DNA of 64,000 bases from an uncultured Fibrobacterota bacterium (GTDB lineage Bacteria; Fibrobacterota; Chitinivibrionia; Chitinivibrionales; FEN-1185). Positions 39,723 to 49,869 of the stretch are shown in pieces; the first letter of the stretch is position 1, and each line of letters starts with the position of its first letter. The notes below the pieces were generated by a model. That model did not search any database and was not told the DNA's origin. It saw only the letters and a list, made by a program, of their open reading frames with translations. The translations under genes were made by a program, and so were the position numbers. Location of the stretch: contig CAVWBU010000026.1 in assembly GCA_963753345.1 (NCBI GenBank), positions 228,398 to 292,397 on the forward strand. The letters run 5' to 3'.

Positions 39723-40688
39723 TTATCTGCTGATCTGGAACCTCGCAACGGCCAGTTTGTCGGCATGCTCCATTCGTACAAAGTAAATGCCCTGTCTGAA
39801 TCCCGCAGTATTCAAGGACACGTTGTGATTTCCGGCGGACAGATTGCGGTCCAGAACCGATGCGATTTCTCTTCCCAGGCAGTCGAAGACAGCGATCCTG
39901 GTTTTGGCCGCGTCGGGCAGCGTGAAACGGACCGTCTCACGGCTCACCGACAGAGCGAATGATTGGGTGTTTTTCACTTTTGACGCAGGCTGTGAAATGC
40001 CGGTAGGGAACTGGCCCGAATCGGTCGCGAAATAGAGGAAGTCCTGGTTGAGATGGTTGGAACCGTTCTGAAATAACAACACCTGCACGCCGGTATCCAG
40101 TTGTACGGAAGCAAAGTCGCTGTACCTTCTCCAGGCATGATAGCTTGCTTCCTGCTGAAACGATATTAATGGAGTGCTTACCGTGTCTTTTCCATTCAAG
40201 AACAACACGCTATAATGGGCCGGTTCTTCCATTGCCGACCATATGGAACTAATCCAATATTTCCCGGTTTTGGAGACATGGACCGTCCATTTTACCCAGG
40301 TATTTGCATGGCTGGCGCCGATATAACAATCCTGCACCATCGTATCAACCGGGTCAGGATAGCGCACGCCGTTTGGCCAGACAGTGCCGCTCGCATAAAA
40401 GGTGTCACGATCACTTGAATTATCGTTGGTGGAAAAAAAGGCAGGACCGGCTGTGTCATGGGAAGGTCTTCGGTTAGGAGCGACACCCCAATCATCATCT
40501 TGATACCAGGCAACGTTTTTCCCGCCAAGGTCATACTCGTTAAAGTCGATTCGCCCCAGAAGTTCCCTTGGTGCGCTGCCGGGAGGAAAAGGTGTTCCCG
40601 CATAGCCAGCGGGAATTTCGGCATTGGCAAGCAAGGCAAGAAAAGATCCGCCCAATAAAGCGCCAAGAAGGAACTTGGAAGCAGACAT
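39723..40688 (-). CDS. Secreted CBM6-like carbohydrate-binding protein, clade B (most CBM6-like member)
   Basis: GRIDFNEYDLGGKNVAWYQDD; WVKWTVHV..TGKY; CTD FRQGIYFVRM. Confidence 0.75.
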   Translation of the reverse strand: MSASKFLLGALLGGSFLALLANAEIPAGYAGTPFPPGSAPRELLGRIDFNEYDLGGKNVAWYQDDDWGVAPNRRPSHDTAGPAFFSTNDNSSDRDTFYASGTVWPNGVRYPDPVDTMVQDCYIGASHANTWVKWTVHVSKTGKYWISSIWSAMEEPAHYSVLFLNGKDTVSTPLISFQQEASYHAWRRYSDFASVQLDTGVQVLLFQNGSNHLNQDFLYFATDSGQFPTGISQPASKVKNTQSFALSVSRETVRFTLPDAAKTRIAVFDCLGREIASVLDRNLSAGNHNVSLNTAGFRQGIYFVRMEHADKLAVARFQISR

Positions 40689-40977
40689 CTTGACCCCCTC
40701 TGCTGAGAAATTAGCTGACAAAGTAATTACAACTCACCCTGTAGATAAGTAATATAATGCATATATTGCTTGTGTGCACTTTTTTGAATAACACAACCCG
40801 TGCATTGCATTAACAGCTATCATGCCGATATAGTGTCCGTTGTGTTCGTGATTATTAATGAGAACACAAATGCCGGAAGGGAGAATTCATAAACAAAAAG
40901 GACCGGAATCGTATTTCCGGCCCTTCTTTATTCCTGATTTTGAAACTAAGATGGGATTGCTATGCTGATATGTTTTG

Positions 40978-42016
40978 TTATCTTATAACTTGGAACTTTG
41001 TCACGCTTGCAGCTCCTTCATGTTCCATGCGCACAAAGTAAATGCCGCGTTTCAGGTTGTTTTCGCTCAGCATCACGCTGTGGCTTCCTGCCGAAATAGA
41101 CCGGTCAAGCACAGGCATTATTTCCCTGCCCAGGCAGTCGTACACCGAAATCTTCGTTTTCCCTGCGTTCGGAACCGCGAATCTTACGATTCCCTTGTCT
41201 ATTGACAAATTAGACTGCGCCTTGCTTGGGACCTTTGACATCGGTTGCTCGATTCCGGTGGGGAACTGGCCGGAATCTGCAGCTATATAGATGAAATCCT
41301 GGTTGAGGTGCATCGATTCGTTCTGAAATTGCATCACCTGAACGCCGGAATCGAGCTGTACGGAAGCAAAATCGGAGAACCTATACCATGCATGATAACT
41401 TCCGGTCATACCGTTGCAGGTGACGGACGGCGTGCTCACCGTGCTGGCACCGTTATAGAAACTGAGGTGATACTGAGCCGGTGGCGAAGCCGAGGCCCAG
41501 ATCGAGCTGATCCAATATTTCCCAGCCGCGGGAACATGAATGGTGTACTTTGTCATGCCGTCCGGATGGCTGGCGCCTATATACCAATCGTTTACATTTG
41601 TATCTGCACCCGGAAACCGTACTCCGTTGGGCCACTTGACACCCGCTGCGTAAAACGTGTCAGGAATATTCGTCATCAGTGTGATGATTGGTTTTCCACA
41701 TGGCCGGCCATGCATTGCAGCTGTCTATGGGAATGCCGGGAATGCTGCCGTCCCTGCCGCCGGCAGTGCTTCCTGCCGCCGAACCTGCCAGGTCGTCCTG
41801 GATAAAGGTGACCCCATTCGGGCTCCCTTGGGACGGTGAAACATAGTCGTATTCGTGAAAATTGACTCTCCCCGGAATCTCATGCGGCGCGCTGCCCGGA
41901 GGATAAGGCTTGCCTTTGTATCCTGCAGGAATTTCCGCGTTGGCAAGCGCTACGAAAAGAATTCCTGCGGCCAAGGCGGCCATAAAATACCTCGAAGAAC
42001 GGCATGCATTGACCAT
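40978..42016 (-). pseudogene. Clade B CBM6-like paralog split by a frameshift at about 41660-41695
   Basis: The N-half (..WPAMWKTNHH) and the C-half (PDTFYAAGVKWPNG..CTD) together align with the intact 38524-39555 paralog but lie in different frames. Confidence 0.8.
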
Positions 42017-42204
42017 TCGATTCCCCCTCGGAATGAAGTAACGAACTTTCATCTCGGAGATTTACTCCTCTTTTCCTATGGATAATATAATGTGAAACCG
42101 GCCCGGAACTTGCATTTTTTTGCTCCGATCCGGTTTGCGAACCTGCTTGGTCCGGTCTGCGCCAAAGACCGAAAAACATGACTCATTTGCCAAGGCGCGG
42201 GCGG

Positions 42205-42753
42205 CTACTTTCCCGGTTCCGCCTTGATCGACGCAAGGATCTCCGCATCGGCCGGCATGCCGCGCCGGGCGAAGACAATTTTTCCCTCCCTGTCGACTAC
42301 GTACACGGTGCGCTGGACCATGATACCGTCGGCGCCGTACTGCTTTGCCACGTTCTTGTCCCTGTCCACGAGCAGGGGAAACTGGTATCCCTGTTTCTTG
42401 ACAAACCGCACATGCGATTCCGCGTTGGCAGGGTTCACGCCGAACACAACGGCGCCCTTTTTCCCGAATTCCGCGTAATCGTCGCGGATCGCGCAGAGCT
42501 GTTTGGTGCAGCCGGGCGTCTGGTCGCCGGGATAGAAAATCAGGACCACATGATTCTTTCCGCGGAATGCGCTCAGTTTCACCGTATCGCCCTTGTCCGA
42601 AACAAGGGTAAAATCCGGCGCCGTTTTTCCTGTGTCAAGCATGTTCGCCTCCACGTTTGCCCGGGTCCCGGCCGCGAGAACTGCGGCAAGAACACCGGCG
42701 GTGAAAAGGTTGGTTAAGGACGTCAAGGATAAAAACTGAATCTTGCCTGCCAT
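42205..42753 (-). CDS. bcp: Peroxiredoxin, BCP/PrxQ family
   Basis: APDFTL, FYPGDQTPGCTKQLC and RTVYVVD.EGKI; N-terminal signal-like segment. Confidence 0.88.
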   Translation of the reverse strand: MAGKIQFLSLTSLTNLFTAGVLAAVLAAGTRANVEANMLDTGKTAPDFTLVSDKGDTVKLSAFRGKNHVVLIFYPGDQTPGCTKQLCAIRDDYAEFGKKGAVVFGVNPANAESHVRFVKKQGYQFPLLVDRDKNVAKQYGADGIMVQRTVYVVDREGKIVFARRGMPADAEILASIKAEPGK

Positions 42754-42921
42754 CGCATCCCCCTGGCTATTGGTTGACGGACCGTAACGCTTGCTCCCGT
42801 AAACCATCATCGTACGAATCCGTTCCCTGTGCTTAATATACTACGTTGCGAACATCCGGAAAATTAACCGGCCGGGATGGCCCCAGCAGGACAGCGGCCG
42901 CGGCCGAAAGCGCCGCGTTTC

Positions 42922-44091
42922 TCAGGCCGGCCCGTTGCGCGAGCGCCTGAATCTTGTCAAGAGGAGAATGGAGAACCCTGCCGCGAGCAGCCCGCCCACC
43001 GATATCACGCCGGCGGCCGCGGACGCCGGCACGAGGACTATCGCGCACGCTCCGCACGCGGGCCCCGCAAACAGTCCGGCGCCGATCATCGCTTCGTGGA
43101 GACCGCCGTGGGCGCCGCGCTCGCTTGAGACGTTCATCGAATAGTACAGCGAAGAATAGTAGATGAGTCCCACCGAGACCCCGAACGCCGCCTGCGCAGC
43201 AAGCAGCATCGCAGGCGACCGCGCAAGCACGATGCCGGCGAACCCTGCGATCATGAGCGCGAAGGCCCCTGCGAGGAACCGGAACCGGTAATGCCACCAG
43301 GTCCATTTCCACAGAAGAACAAAGGCGAACAGCCGCGCAAACATCCAGGCGGAGCACATTATCCCGGCGGCGCCCGTTGACATATGCAGTTTCCCGGCGA
43401 TGGACGGCACCAGGGGAAGAACGGTGTTGATCGCGACATACGAGAGCGGATTGGCGAACCACGCCATGTGGAGGAAACTTCGGCCGGCCGCGGCTCCCTG
43501 TTCGGCGGCGGCCGGCGCCGGGGGCGCGGATCGGCCGTTTTCTCTTTTGGAAAGATGGACGGCGAGCGGCGTGAGGGGTAGCTGCAGCGCGACCACGGCA
43601 AGGGGCAGCCAGAAAAGGCTCTGCATGCCCAGACGCTCAAGCATCATGCCGGCCGTAAAATAGGCGACCGCTCCACCCAGCGCCCAGGTAATGTTGTAAT
43701 ATCCGACCATGTCCGACAAATTGACGAATGCGCCTTCGCTCACCAGCGCCTCCAGTGCAGGCCATACAAAGCACACCGATACCGTCCACATCCCAAAGGC
43801 GAGCACCTGGCCCGGCGCGGAATGCAGCGAGAGCCCTGCAATCATCGATAATGCCATGCCGGAAAAACCGAGGTAAAGCGATTTTGTGCAGCCGTGGCGC
43901 TGCGCAAACGCTCCGCCCTGCCATGCGGCAACGGTGTACACCAGTCCGTTGAACGCGGCGAGCATAAGGTTCTCGAGTTCACCGAACCCGAACCTGCTCC
44001 TGGTATAGAAGAACAGGAAATTGGAATAGTAGACCGCCGCATAACAGTTGAGCAGCTCGATAAGGAAGTAGACTGCTTTGGATGGGGTCAT
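42922..44091 (-). CDS. MFS transporter
   Basis: About 12 hydrophobic helices in a 6+6 arrangement; about 390 aa. Confidence 0.8.
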   Translation of the reverse strand: MTPSKAVYFLIELLNCYAAVYYSNFLFFYTRSRFGFGELENLMLAAFNGLVYTVAAWQGGAFAQRHGCTKSLYLGFSGMALSMIAGLSLHSAPGQVLAFGMWTVSVCFVWPALEALVSEGAFVNLSDMVGYYNITWALGGAVAYFTAGMMLERLGMQSLFWLPLAVVALQLPLTPLAVHLSKRENGRSAPPAPAAAEQGAAAGRSFLHMAWFANPLSYVAINTVLPLVPSIAGKLHMSTGAAGIMCSAWMFARLFAFVLLWKWTWWHYRFRFLAGAFALMIAGFAGIVLARSPAMLLAAQAAFGVSVGLIYYSSLYYSMNVSSERGAHGGLHEAMIGAGLFAGPACGACAIVLVPASAAAGVISVGGLLAAGFSILLLTRFRRSRNGPA

Positions 44092-44328
44092 GGCGGCACG
44101 GATCAATTTGATTTTGAGTGACTGCTAAATATACGAGATGGAACGGGGGGATCATGAAGGAGGGCCGTGATCGCCGCCGACAACCTAGAGGCCTGAAATT
44201 TCATCCGAGCAAGAATTTCCGGCTGGAAGAAAAGCGTATTAAAACGTTATCCTTTGTTGATCGCGCGAGTCGGCCCTTGCGCGTTTGGGCGGGGCAAGAC
44301 AGTTTCATATACTACGAAAGGAACTCTC

Positions 44329-45517
44329 ATGAAATACCGTACCATGGGATCGCTTCCGTGGAAGGTTTCGGCGCTGGGATTCGGCTGCATGCGGCTGCCC
44401 ATCCAAAGGCATGCTGCGCGCGGTGGATGAAAAGGCGTCCATCGAGATTATCAGGCCACGGCATCGACCTCGGCATCAATTATGTGGACACGGCAATAGC
44501 TGTATCACATGGGGCAACAGCGAACGGGTGCTCGGCAAGGCCCTCAGGACGGCTATCGCGACAAGGTGCAGCTCGCCACCAAGCTTTTCATGATTCGGGG
44601 TGCGCGAGTGAGGGCGATTTCGACAAATATCTTGACGAGCAGCTGTTACGCTGCCGCAGACCGACCGCATCGACGTATACCTGTTCCACATGCTGACGCA
44701 GGGCAATTTCGACAAGCTCAAACGCCTTAATCTTATTGACAAAATGGAGCAAGCCCGACGCACAGGGGAAAATCCTCCACGTCGGCTTCTCGTTCCACGA
44801 CACGCTGCCCTTGTTCAGGGAAATCGTCGATGTTTTACAAATGGGACATGGCGCAGATCCAGTACAATTACATGGACACAGGCAATTCAAGCCACCACCG
44901 ACGGCCTCGCGTACGCCCACGCCAAGGGCATTGCCGTTGTGGTGATGGAGCCGCTCAAGGGCGGACGGCTGGCAAACCCGCCCGCAGAAGCCGTGGAGTT
45001 GATCTCCCGCGCGCCGGTGTCGAGAACGCCCGCCGATTGGGCGCTCCAGTTCCTCTGGAACAAGCCCGAAGTCTCCTGCGTACTGAGCGGCATGGGAAGC
45101 AGGAAAATGGTGGACGAGAATTGCGCCAGCGCCGATGCGTCGGGCGTGGGGACGCTGTCGGCCGTAGAGAACAGGATCATCGAGGAACTCGCGAACATCT
45201 ACCGCTCAAAAATTGTGGTCCCCTGCACCGCGTGCGGGTACTGCATGCCATGCCCGTCTGGCGTCGACATTCCCAGGAATTTCGCTTTTCTCAACAACAA
45301 AGCGTTCGGCAAATCGGTTGGGCTTCAAAGCAGATTGGTCCAATGGATGATAACCAGGAACTACCGCAAGCTTGCGCGGAACAAAAAAGAGCTTGCGCGC
45401 CGCGCTAACAGGGGAAGCGCCAACCTTTGCACGAAGTGCAACGCGTGCGTGCCCAAGTGTCCCCAGCACATTCAGATCCCGCAGGAATTGGAAAAGGTGA
45501 GGGCCGCGTTTTCGTGA
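44329..45517 (+). pseudogene. Aldo/keto reductase with a C-terminal 4Fe-4S domain, multiply frameshifted in the 5' half
   Basis: MKYRTMG..VSALGFGCMRLP, GINYVDTA, HVGFSFH, AQIQYNYMD, VMEPLKGG, PCTACGYCMPCP and CTKCNACVPKCPQ are spread over several frames at about 44400-44900. Confidence 0.85.
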
Positions 45518-45533
45518 GATGGGCGGTTGCTCT

Positions 45534-47255
45534 TCAAACCGCAATTCCCCACATTCTGCCGAGCACAAACGCCCCGTTTAGTAGCGCGCAGATTGTCACC
45601 GCTGAGCCGAAGACTATAGCCATTACCCGCATGGCGCTCAGCACCCCCAGCTCTTTTGTAATTGTAAAGAACGAAGCCACACACGGCACGTACAATACCA
45701 TAAAGACGCAGGCGATCACAAATTGAGCGCCGGAGAGAGCAAAGGGCGCCAGAAGCGCTATTGATACGTCTTTGCGCAGAAAGCCCAAAATGAGCACGGG
45801 CGCAATGTCGTGGGGCAGGCCGAGCAGAAACGACAATGGTCCACCCAAGGCGCTAGACACGAAGCGAATGACGGATAATGAATCGAGAATGTTAATAACG
45901 AGCACGCCCACCACAATCAGGGGAAATACCTCGGCAAAGTACTCCGCGATGCGTATCCACAGCTTACGCGCCATGAGACGGAGCGAGGGCAGCCGGTAGG
46001 CGGGAATTTCCATAAAGAGTTCCGGCGTTTCTCCTTTTGTTGCCTTATTGAGTATCGCGTTCACGCCGATTGCCAGAAAAAGCAGTATAGCGAACACCGA
46101 GCACACTACTATGGCTCCGTATTTCATGCCAAGCGACACGATCATGGCGCTTTGCGGAAGGCACGGCGCGCTCATGAGGATGAGTGACATGGTGAGTATT
46201 TTCTCGCGTTTGGTGGTGAGCACTCTGGTTGCGAGGAATGCGGGGACTTTGCATCCAAGGCCCAGCATCACCGGAATCGACGAATAACCGTGAAGTCCCA
46301 GCCGGTGAAAAAACGTGTCAAGCACCACGGCAATGCGCGGAAGATATCCCACGTCTTCCAGGAGGCCGAACAGCAGGTAAAACGATACGAAATAGGGGAA
46401 CACCAACACCGTGGCGATGTACACACCCGTGGTGAGTATGCCGAACGATGCAAGCGGATCGGCGCCCCGCCCCGTCAGAAGCTCCTTTACAAACGTTATT
46501 GGAATGTGTCCGCACAGCTGCAACACAAAAGGATTATACACGCGCGAGAACAGGGGCTCGCATATGCCGCTTGCAAGCGATTCGCCCATGATGCGCACGA
46601 TGGCGAATACGGCGGCGAGCACCAGTGCGGCAAATACCAGCCCGCCCACCGGATTGAGTGTGAAGTCTGCAAGCATTTCCCCCGCGGTATGGTGCCGGTG
46701 CGACAGCTTCTGCACCCTGCCGATAATCGCGCCGATGCGGGCCCATGTGTCGGCCGGATCGCCCAGGGCGCGTCCCGGCCGTGTGCGGTGCAGCGAGTCC
46801 ACGAGCCGGGGAATCCCGTCCCCGCGCAGGGCGCTTGCCGCCACAACAGGAACGCCCAAGATTTCTTCGAGGGCGGGCACGTCTATCGAAATCCCGTTAT
46901 GCGCGGTGTCGTCCCACAGGTTGAGGCACACCACCATCGGTTTTGCTTTTGCAAGAAGGCCAAGGGTGAGGTTCAGGTTGCGTTCGAGGTTGGTGGCATC
47001 GACCACGTTGACGATTATATCGCACGTGTCAACAATACGGATTGCGGCTTCGTCGGCGGCCGACAGCACGTCGAGCGAGTATATGCCGGGTACGTCGATA
47101 AGCTCGAATTCGTCGGCTGCGTGAACCAGTTTGCCGGTCTTGACGCCAACCGTTGTGCCGGCATAATTGGACGAAATGACGCCGACGCCGGTGATGCGGG
47201 AGAACACGAGACTTTTCCCGACGTTCGGGTTTCCGACAATTGCGACTTTTTTCAT
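45534..47255 (-). CDS. feoB: Ferrous iron transporter FeoB (short form)
   Basis: GNPNVGKS, NYAGTTV, DVPG, DATNLERNL, LEDVGYLPR, GLGCKVP and YVPCVA. Confidence 0.93.
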   Translation of the reverse strand: MKKVAIVGNPNVGKSLVFSRITGVGVISSNYAGTTVGVKTGKLVHAADEFELIDVPGIYSLDVLSAADEAAIRIVDTCDIIVNVVDATNLERNLNLTLGLLAKAKPMVVCLNLWDDTAHNGISIDVPALEEILGVPVVAASALRGDGIPRLVDSLHRTRPGRALGDPADTWARIGAIIGRVQKLSHRHHTAGEMLADFTLNPVGGLVFAALVLAAVFAIVRIMGESLASGICEPLFSRVYNPFVLQLCGHIPITFVKELLTGRGADPLASFGILTTGVYIATVLVFPYFVSFYLLFGLLEDVGYLPRIAVVLDTFFHRLGLHGYSSIPVMLGLGCKVPAFLATRVLTTKREKILTMSLILMSAPCLPQSAMIVSLGMKYGAIVVCSVFAILLFLAIGVNAILNKATKGETPELFMEIPAYRLPSLRLMARKLWIRIAEYFAEVFPLIVVGVLVINILDSLSVIRFVSSALGGPLSFLLGLPHDIAPVLILGFLRKDVSIALLAPFALSGAQFVIACVFMVLYVPCVASFFTITKELGVLSAMRVMAIVFGSAVTICALLNGAFVLGRMWGIAV

Positions 47256-47270
47256 GGGATTTCGGTTTGT

Positions 47271-47603
47271 TTACTGTTTGCCAATCTTATCCACAAGCAA
47301 CCGGAGCGCCATGGCGTACCCAATTGCGAATTGCGTGGAGCCTTTTTTCAAGACAATTGGGCCTTTCAGCGGCGAAGCCCCCGTCTTAACGATTATCGCT
47401 CCGGGCACGACCCCCATTGCCGCAAGTCTTTTTGCCGCCTTGCCATCGCCTTGGACGCATACCACGCGTGCGCTGCTTCCGTTGCTAAGCTGGGTGACGC
47501 TCACCGATTTCTGGCAGCGCTGGGAACCTCCCGGCTTGGCTCCGCGTCCACATGCGCGCGCGGCACAACCCGCGCAGCGCCTTAATAACTGGATCATTTT
47601 CAT
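47271..47603 (-). CDS. feoA: FeoA-family protein
   Basis: RLAAMGVVPG..I....PLKGPI......FAIG...A; GAGGGAG RBS. An alternative start is at 47690. Confidence 0.85.
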   Translation of the reverse strand: MKMIQLLRRCAGCAARACGRGAKPGGSQRCQKSVSVTQLSNGSSARVVCVQGDGKAAKRLAAMGVVPGAIIVKTGASPLKGPIVLKKGSTQFAIGYAMALRLLVDKIGKQ

Positions 47604-47686
47604 AGAACTCCCTCTCATTCCTGCGCCGCGGCGTCTTTTCATGTGCATGGCGGCGTCGACACAGGTCTTGAGCACCCTTGACATCT

Positions 47687-48178
47687 TCATTTCCGGCCTC
47701 CCAATTCTGTATGCCCTGCAGCCGCGCGCGGCCGGCCGAAGCGCCACCTGCGTCCTTTCCTGCATTCCCTGCACGTGCCGTACAGGTTCATGCGGTGATA
47801 CGCGGGAAGGAATCCGTATCGCTTGACAAGCCGCTCCTGCAGCCTCTCGATGTCGGGATCGACGACCTCCACGAACCTGCCGCACGAGGTGCAGATGAGG
47901 TGGTCGTGATGGTCGTGACCGTACCGGTGCTCGTAGCGCGTGGTACCGTCCTCAAAGTTAATCTCGCTGCACAGCCCGCATTCGGCAAGGAGCTTGAGGG
48001 TGCGGTACACGGTGGCGTATCCTATTCCCGGGTGCTTCGCCTTGACCGCGGCCCAGAGCTCCTCGATGGTCACGTGCTTTTCTATGCCGAGAAACACGCT
48101 CAAAATCTGTTCGCGGGGCTTGCTGTGCCTGAGGCCTTTGCCCGCGATGAATTGTTCCAGCACAGCTCGTTCGTCCAT
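47687..48178 (-). CDS. fur: Fur-family transcriptional regulator
   Basis: GYATVYRTLKLL, HHDHLICTSCG and GTCREC. Confidence 0.92.
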   Translation of the reverse strand: MDERAVLEQFIAGKGLRHSKPREQILSVFLGIEKHVTIEELWAAVKAKHPGIGYATVYRTLKLLAECGLCSEINFEDGTTRYEHRYGHDHHDHLICTSCGRFVEVVDPDIERLQERLVKRYGFLPAYHRMNLYGTCRECRKGRRWRFGRPRAAAGHTELGGRK

Positions 48179-48196
48179 GGCTCGCTCCCAGTTAAT

Positions 48197-48245
48197 GAAA
48201 ATGACTTTCATTATCAATTATAAGTCATTGCAGGAGAAATGTCAA
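48197..48245 (-). promoter_or_regulatory. Consensus sigma70 promoter with an adjacent Fur box
   Basis: Minus strand TTGACA (48245-48240), 17 bp, TATAAT (48222-48217), then GATAATGAAAGTCATTTTC (48215-48197), a 16/19 match to the E. coli Fur box GATAATGATAATCATTATC. Confidence 0.88.
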
Positions 48246-48360
48246 AGGGAAAAAGGAAAGTTGTTGGCGGCCCGCGCGAAAGCAGCCACCCGTCGGGAGG
48301 GAATTCGGGAAAAACGGGGATTTCTTCGGAGGCATCAAGAACAGGCTGTCGACGTGGAAC

Positions 48361-49467
48361 TTAGTTCTTTGACAAAAACGACTTCAGGTTTTCCCTGCAG
48401 TCGCCTTTCTGCCTGGCGATCGACCTGACCGCCTGCATTGTCGAACGAAAATCGCGGTTGTTCTTTTCGTAAAGCTGATAGAAGAGGCCCAGATCGAGCG
48501 TGTACGTCATGTCAACCGCGATGAATGCATTATTGATGTCGGCTTTTTCAAGTCCCCTAAACGCCGGGGTGAGAAAGAACGAGTCGTAACGCGCCGCGAT
48601 AACGTCTTTGAAGCGAGTGATGATTTCGTGCTTTTCCCGCACTTTCCACCCGCGTGAAGAATCGCTGTTGTAAACAAGAGCAAGCGAGTCGTAGAGTGAC
48701 CTGATGCAACGGTAGTAGGTCGTGATGTCCTTGGCTGTTTTCGCCGCCTTTATGTACGTCGCCGACGTGTCCCCGTATTTCGCCGCAATGAACCGGAGCG
48801 CGCCTTCCGAACCCGTAAACGACGCAAGCTCTTCGTCGAACTCGACCTGGTTCTTTACATACACGGTCGCGTGCGTGAGTTCGTGAATGATCAGGTTGGC
48901 GATCCGGTAGACCGAAAAATGCCGCATGAACGAGTACACGGGATCGGCAAGATACCCCAGCGTGGAAAAAGCATCCACGGTGCCCACGTACACGTCGTAC
49001 CCCTTGCGCGAGAGCCGCGCCGCCTCGGAATCTGCGTCGGCCTTGTCGAAATACCCGCGCAAAGGCCAGCACCCGAACAGCGGATAGCACCAGGTGTAGG
49101 GAGAAAAATCGGCCTCTCCTGCCGCCGAAACGAGGTCGATGAGATACTTTTTGTCAATCGAAATGTAGGAAGTGTAGTTGCTTGTTTTTCTGAGCCCCAT
49201 GGAATCGGTCGCAAAGGAGCGTATCTCGTTTACCAGGGACAGGAACCGCCTGAGGGAATCCGGCGTTGCCGGATCGGCGTGCAGTTTCTTTATGGGAACC
49301 GATTCCATGGTATACGTGAGCACACGCGTGCCCTGCTTCCAGAGGTAGCAATTGCACGACAGCGGAAGAAAACAGGCGAGGACGATAACCGACACGCGCC
49401 GGAATTCGCGGGATGAAGTTGGCATCATTCTATATAAATGAAACATGCGCCGGCCGGATGCAAGCAA
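48361..49467 (-). CDS. Predicted zinc aminopeptidase (DUF2265-like)
   Basis: WCYPLFGC.P.RGYF, AFSTLGY..DP and IIHELTH..DEELASF. Start uncertain. Confidence 0.85.
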   Translation of the reverse strand: MLASGRRMFHLYRMMPTSSREFRRVSVIVLACFLPLSCNCYLWKQGTRVLTYTMESVPIKKLHADPATPDSLRRFLSLVNEIRSFATDSMGLRKTSNYTSYISIDKKYLIDLVSAAGEADFSPYTWCYPLFGCWPLRGYFDKADADSEAARLSRKGYDVYVGTVDAFSTLGYLADPVYSFMRHFSVYRIANLIIHELTHATVYVKNQVEFDEELASFTGSEGALRFIAAKYGDTSATYIKAAKTAKDITTYYRCIRSLYDSLALVYNSDSSRGWKVREKHEIITRFKDVIAARYDSFFLTPAFRGLEKADINNAFIAVDMTYTLDLGLFYQLYEKNNRDFRSTMQAVRSIARQKGDCRENLKSFLSKN

Positions 49468-49869
49468 AAGTGGAAGATGTCATGTTCCCCTCTCGATCCC
49501 AAAGCTCCTGCGTAAACATTGTTCGAGTTGACAAGCATCGCAGAGAACCGTATATTCTCAGAAGAGGCAGGCGGCCTGAATTGGGTTCTCGCATGCCTTT
49601 TTCGACTTTACTTAATTTCAGACATATGTCAAAGAGAGTGGAAAATGAGCGGTGAATGGACTTTCTCTCCTGTAATCGATGGGGTTTTCACAGTCGATAT
49701 TTCATCCTGGGATTATTATATCGAGTTCATTAATAAGCAGACACTGATGTTGCTGGCCGTAAGGGCGCTAAAAGTTGCAATATCATAAACGGTCTGAAAG
49801 AAGATTGTAAGGCGTACATTGGTGATGCTTCTTCCGGCTCTTGCAACCCTTTCCCCCCGAGAGTCTACC

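Noticed and set aside
28905-42016. Diversity-generating retroelement or invertible shufflon acting on the paralog array
   Set aside because: No reverse transcriptase or recombinase, no template/variable repeat pair with adenine-specific differences, and all genes are co-oriented with divergence spread along their length.
49645-49788. Short ORF MSGEWTFS..SWDYYIEFINKQ
   Set aside because: Possibly an AT-rich gene remnant, but too short to assign.
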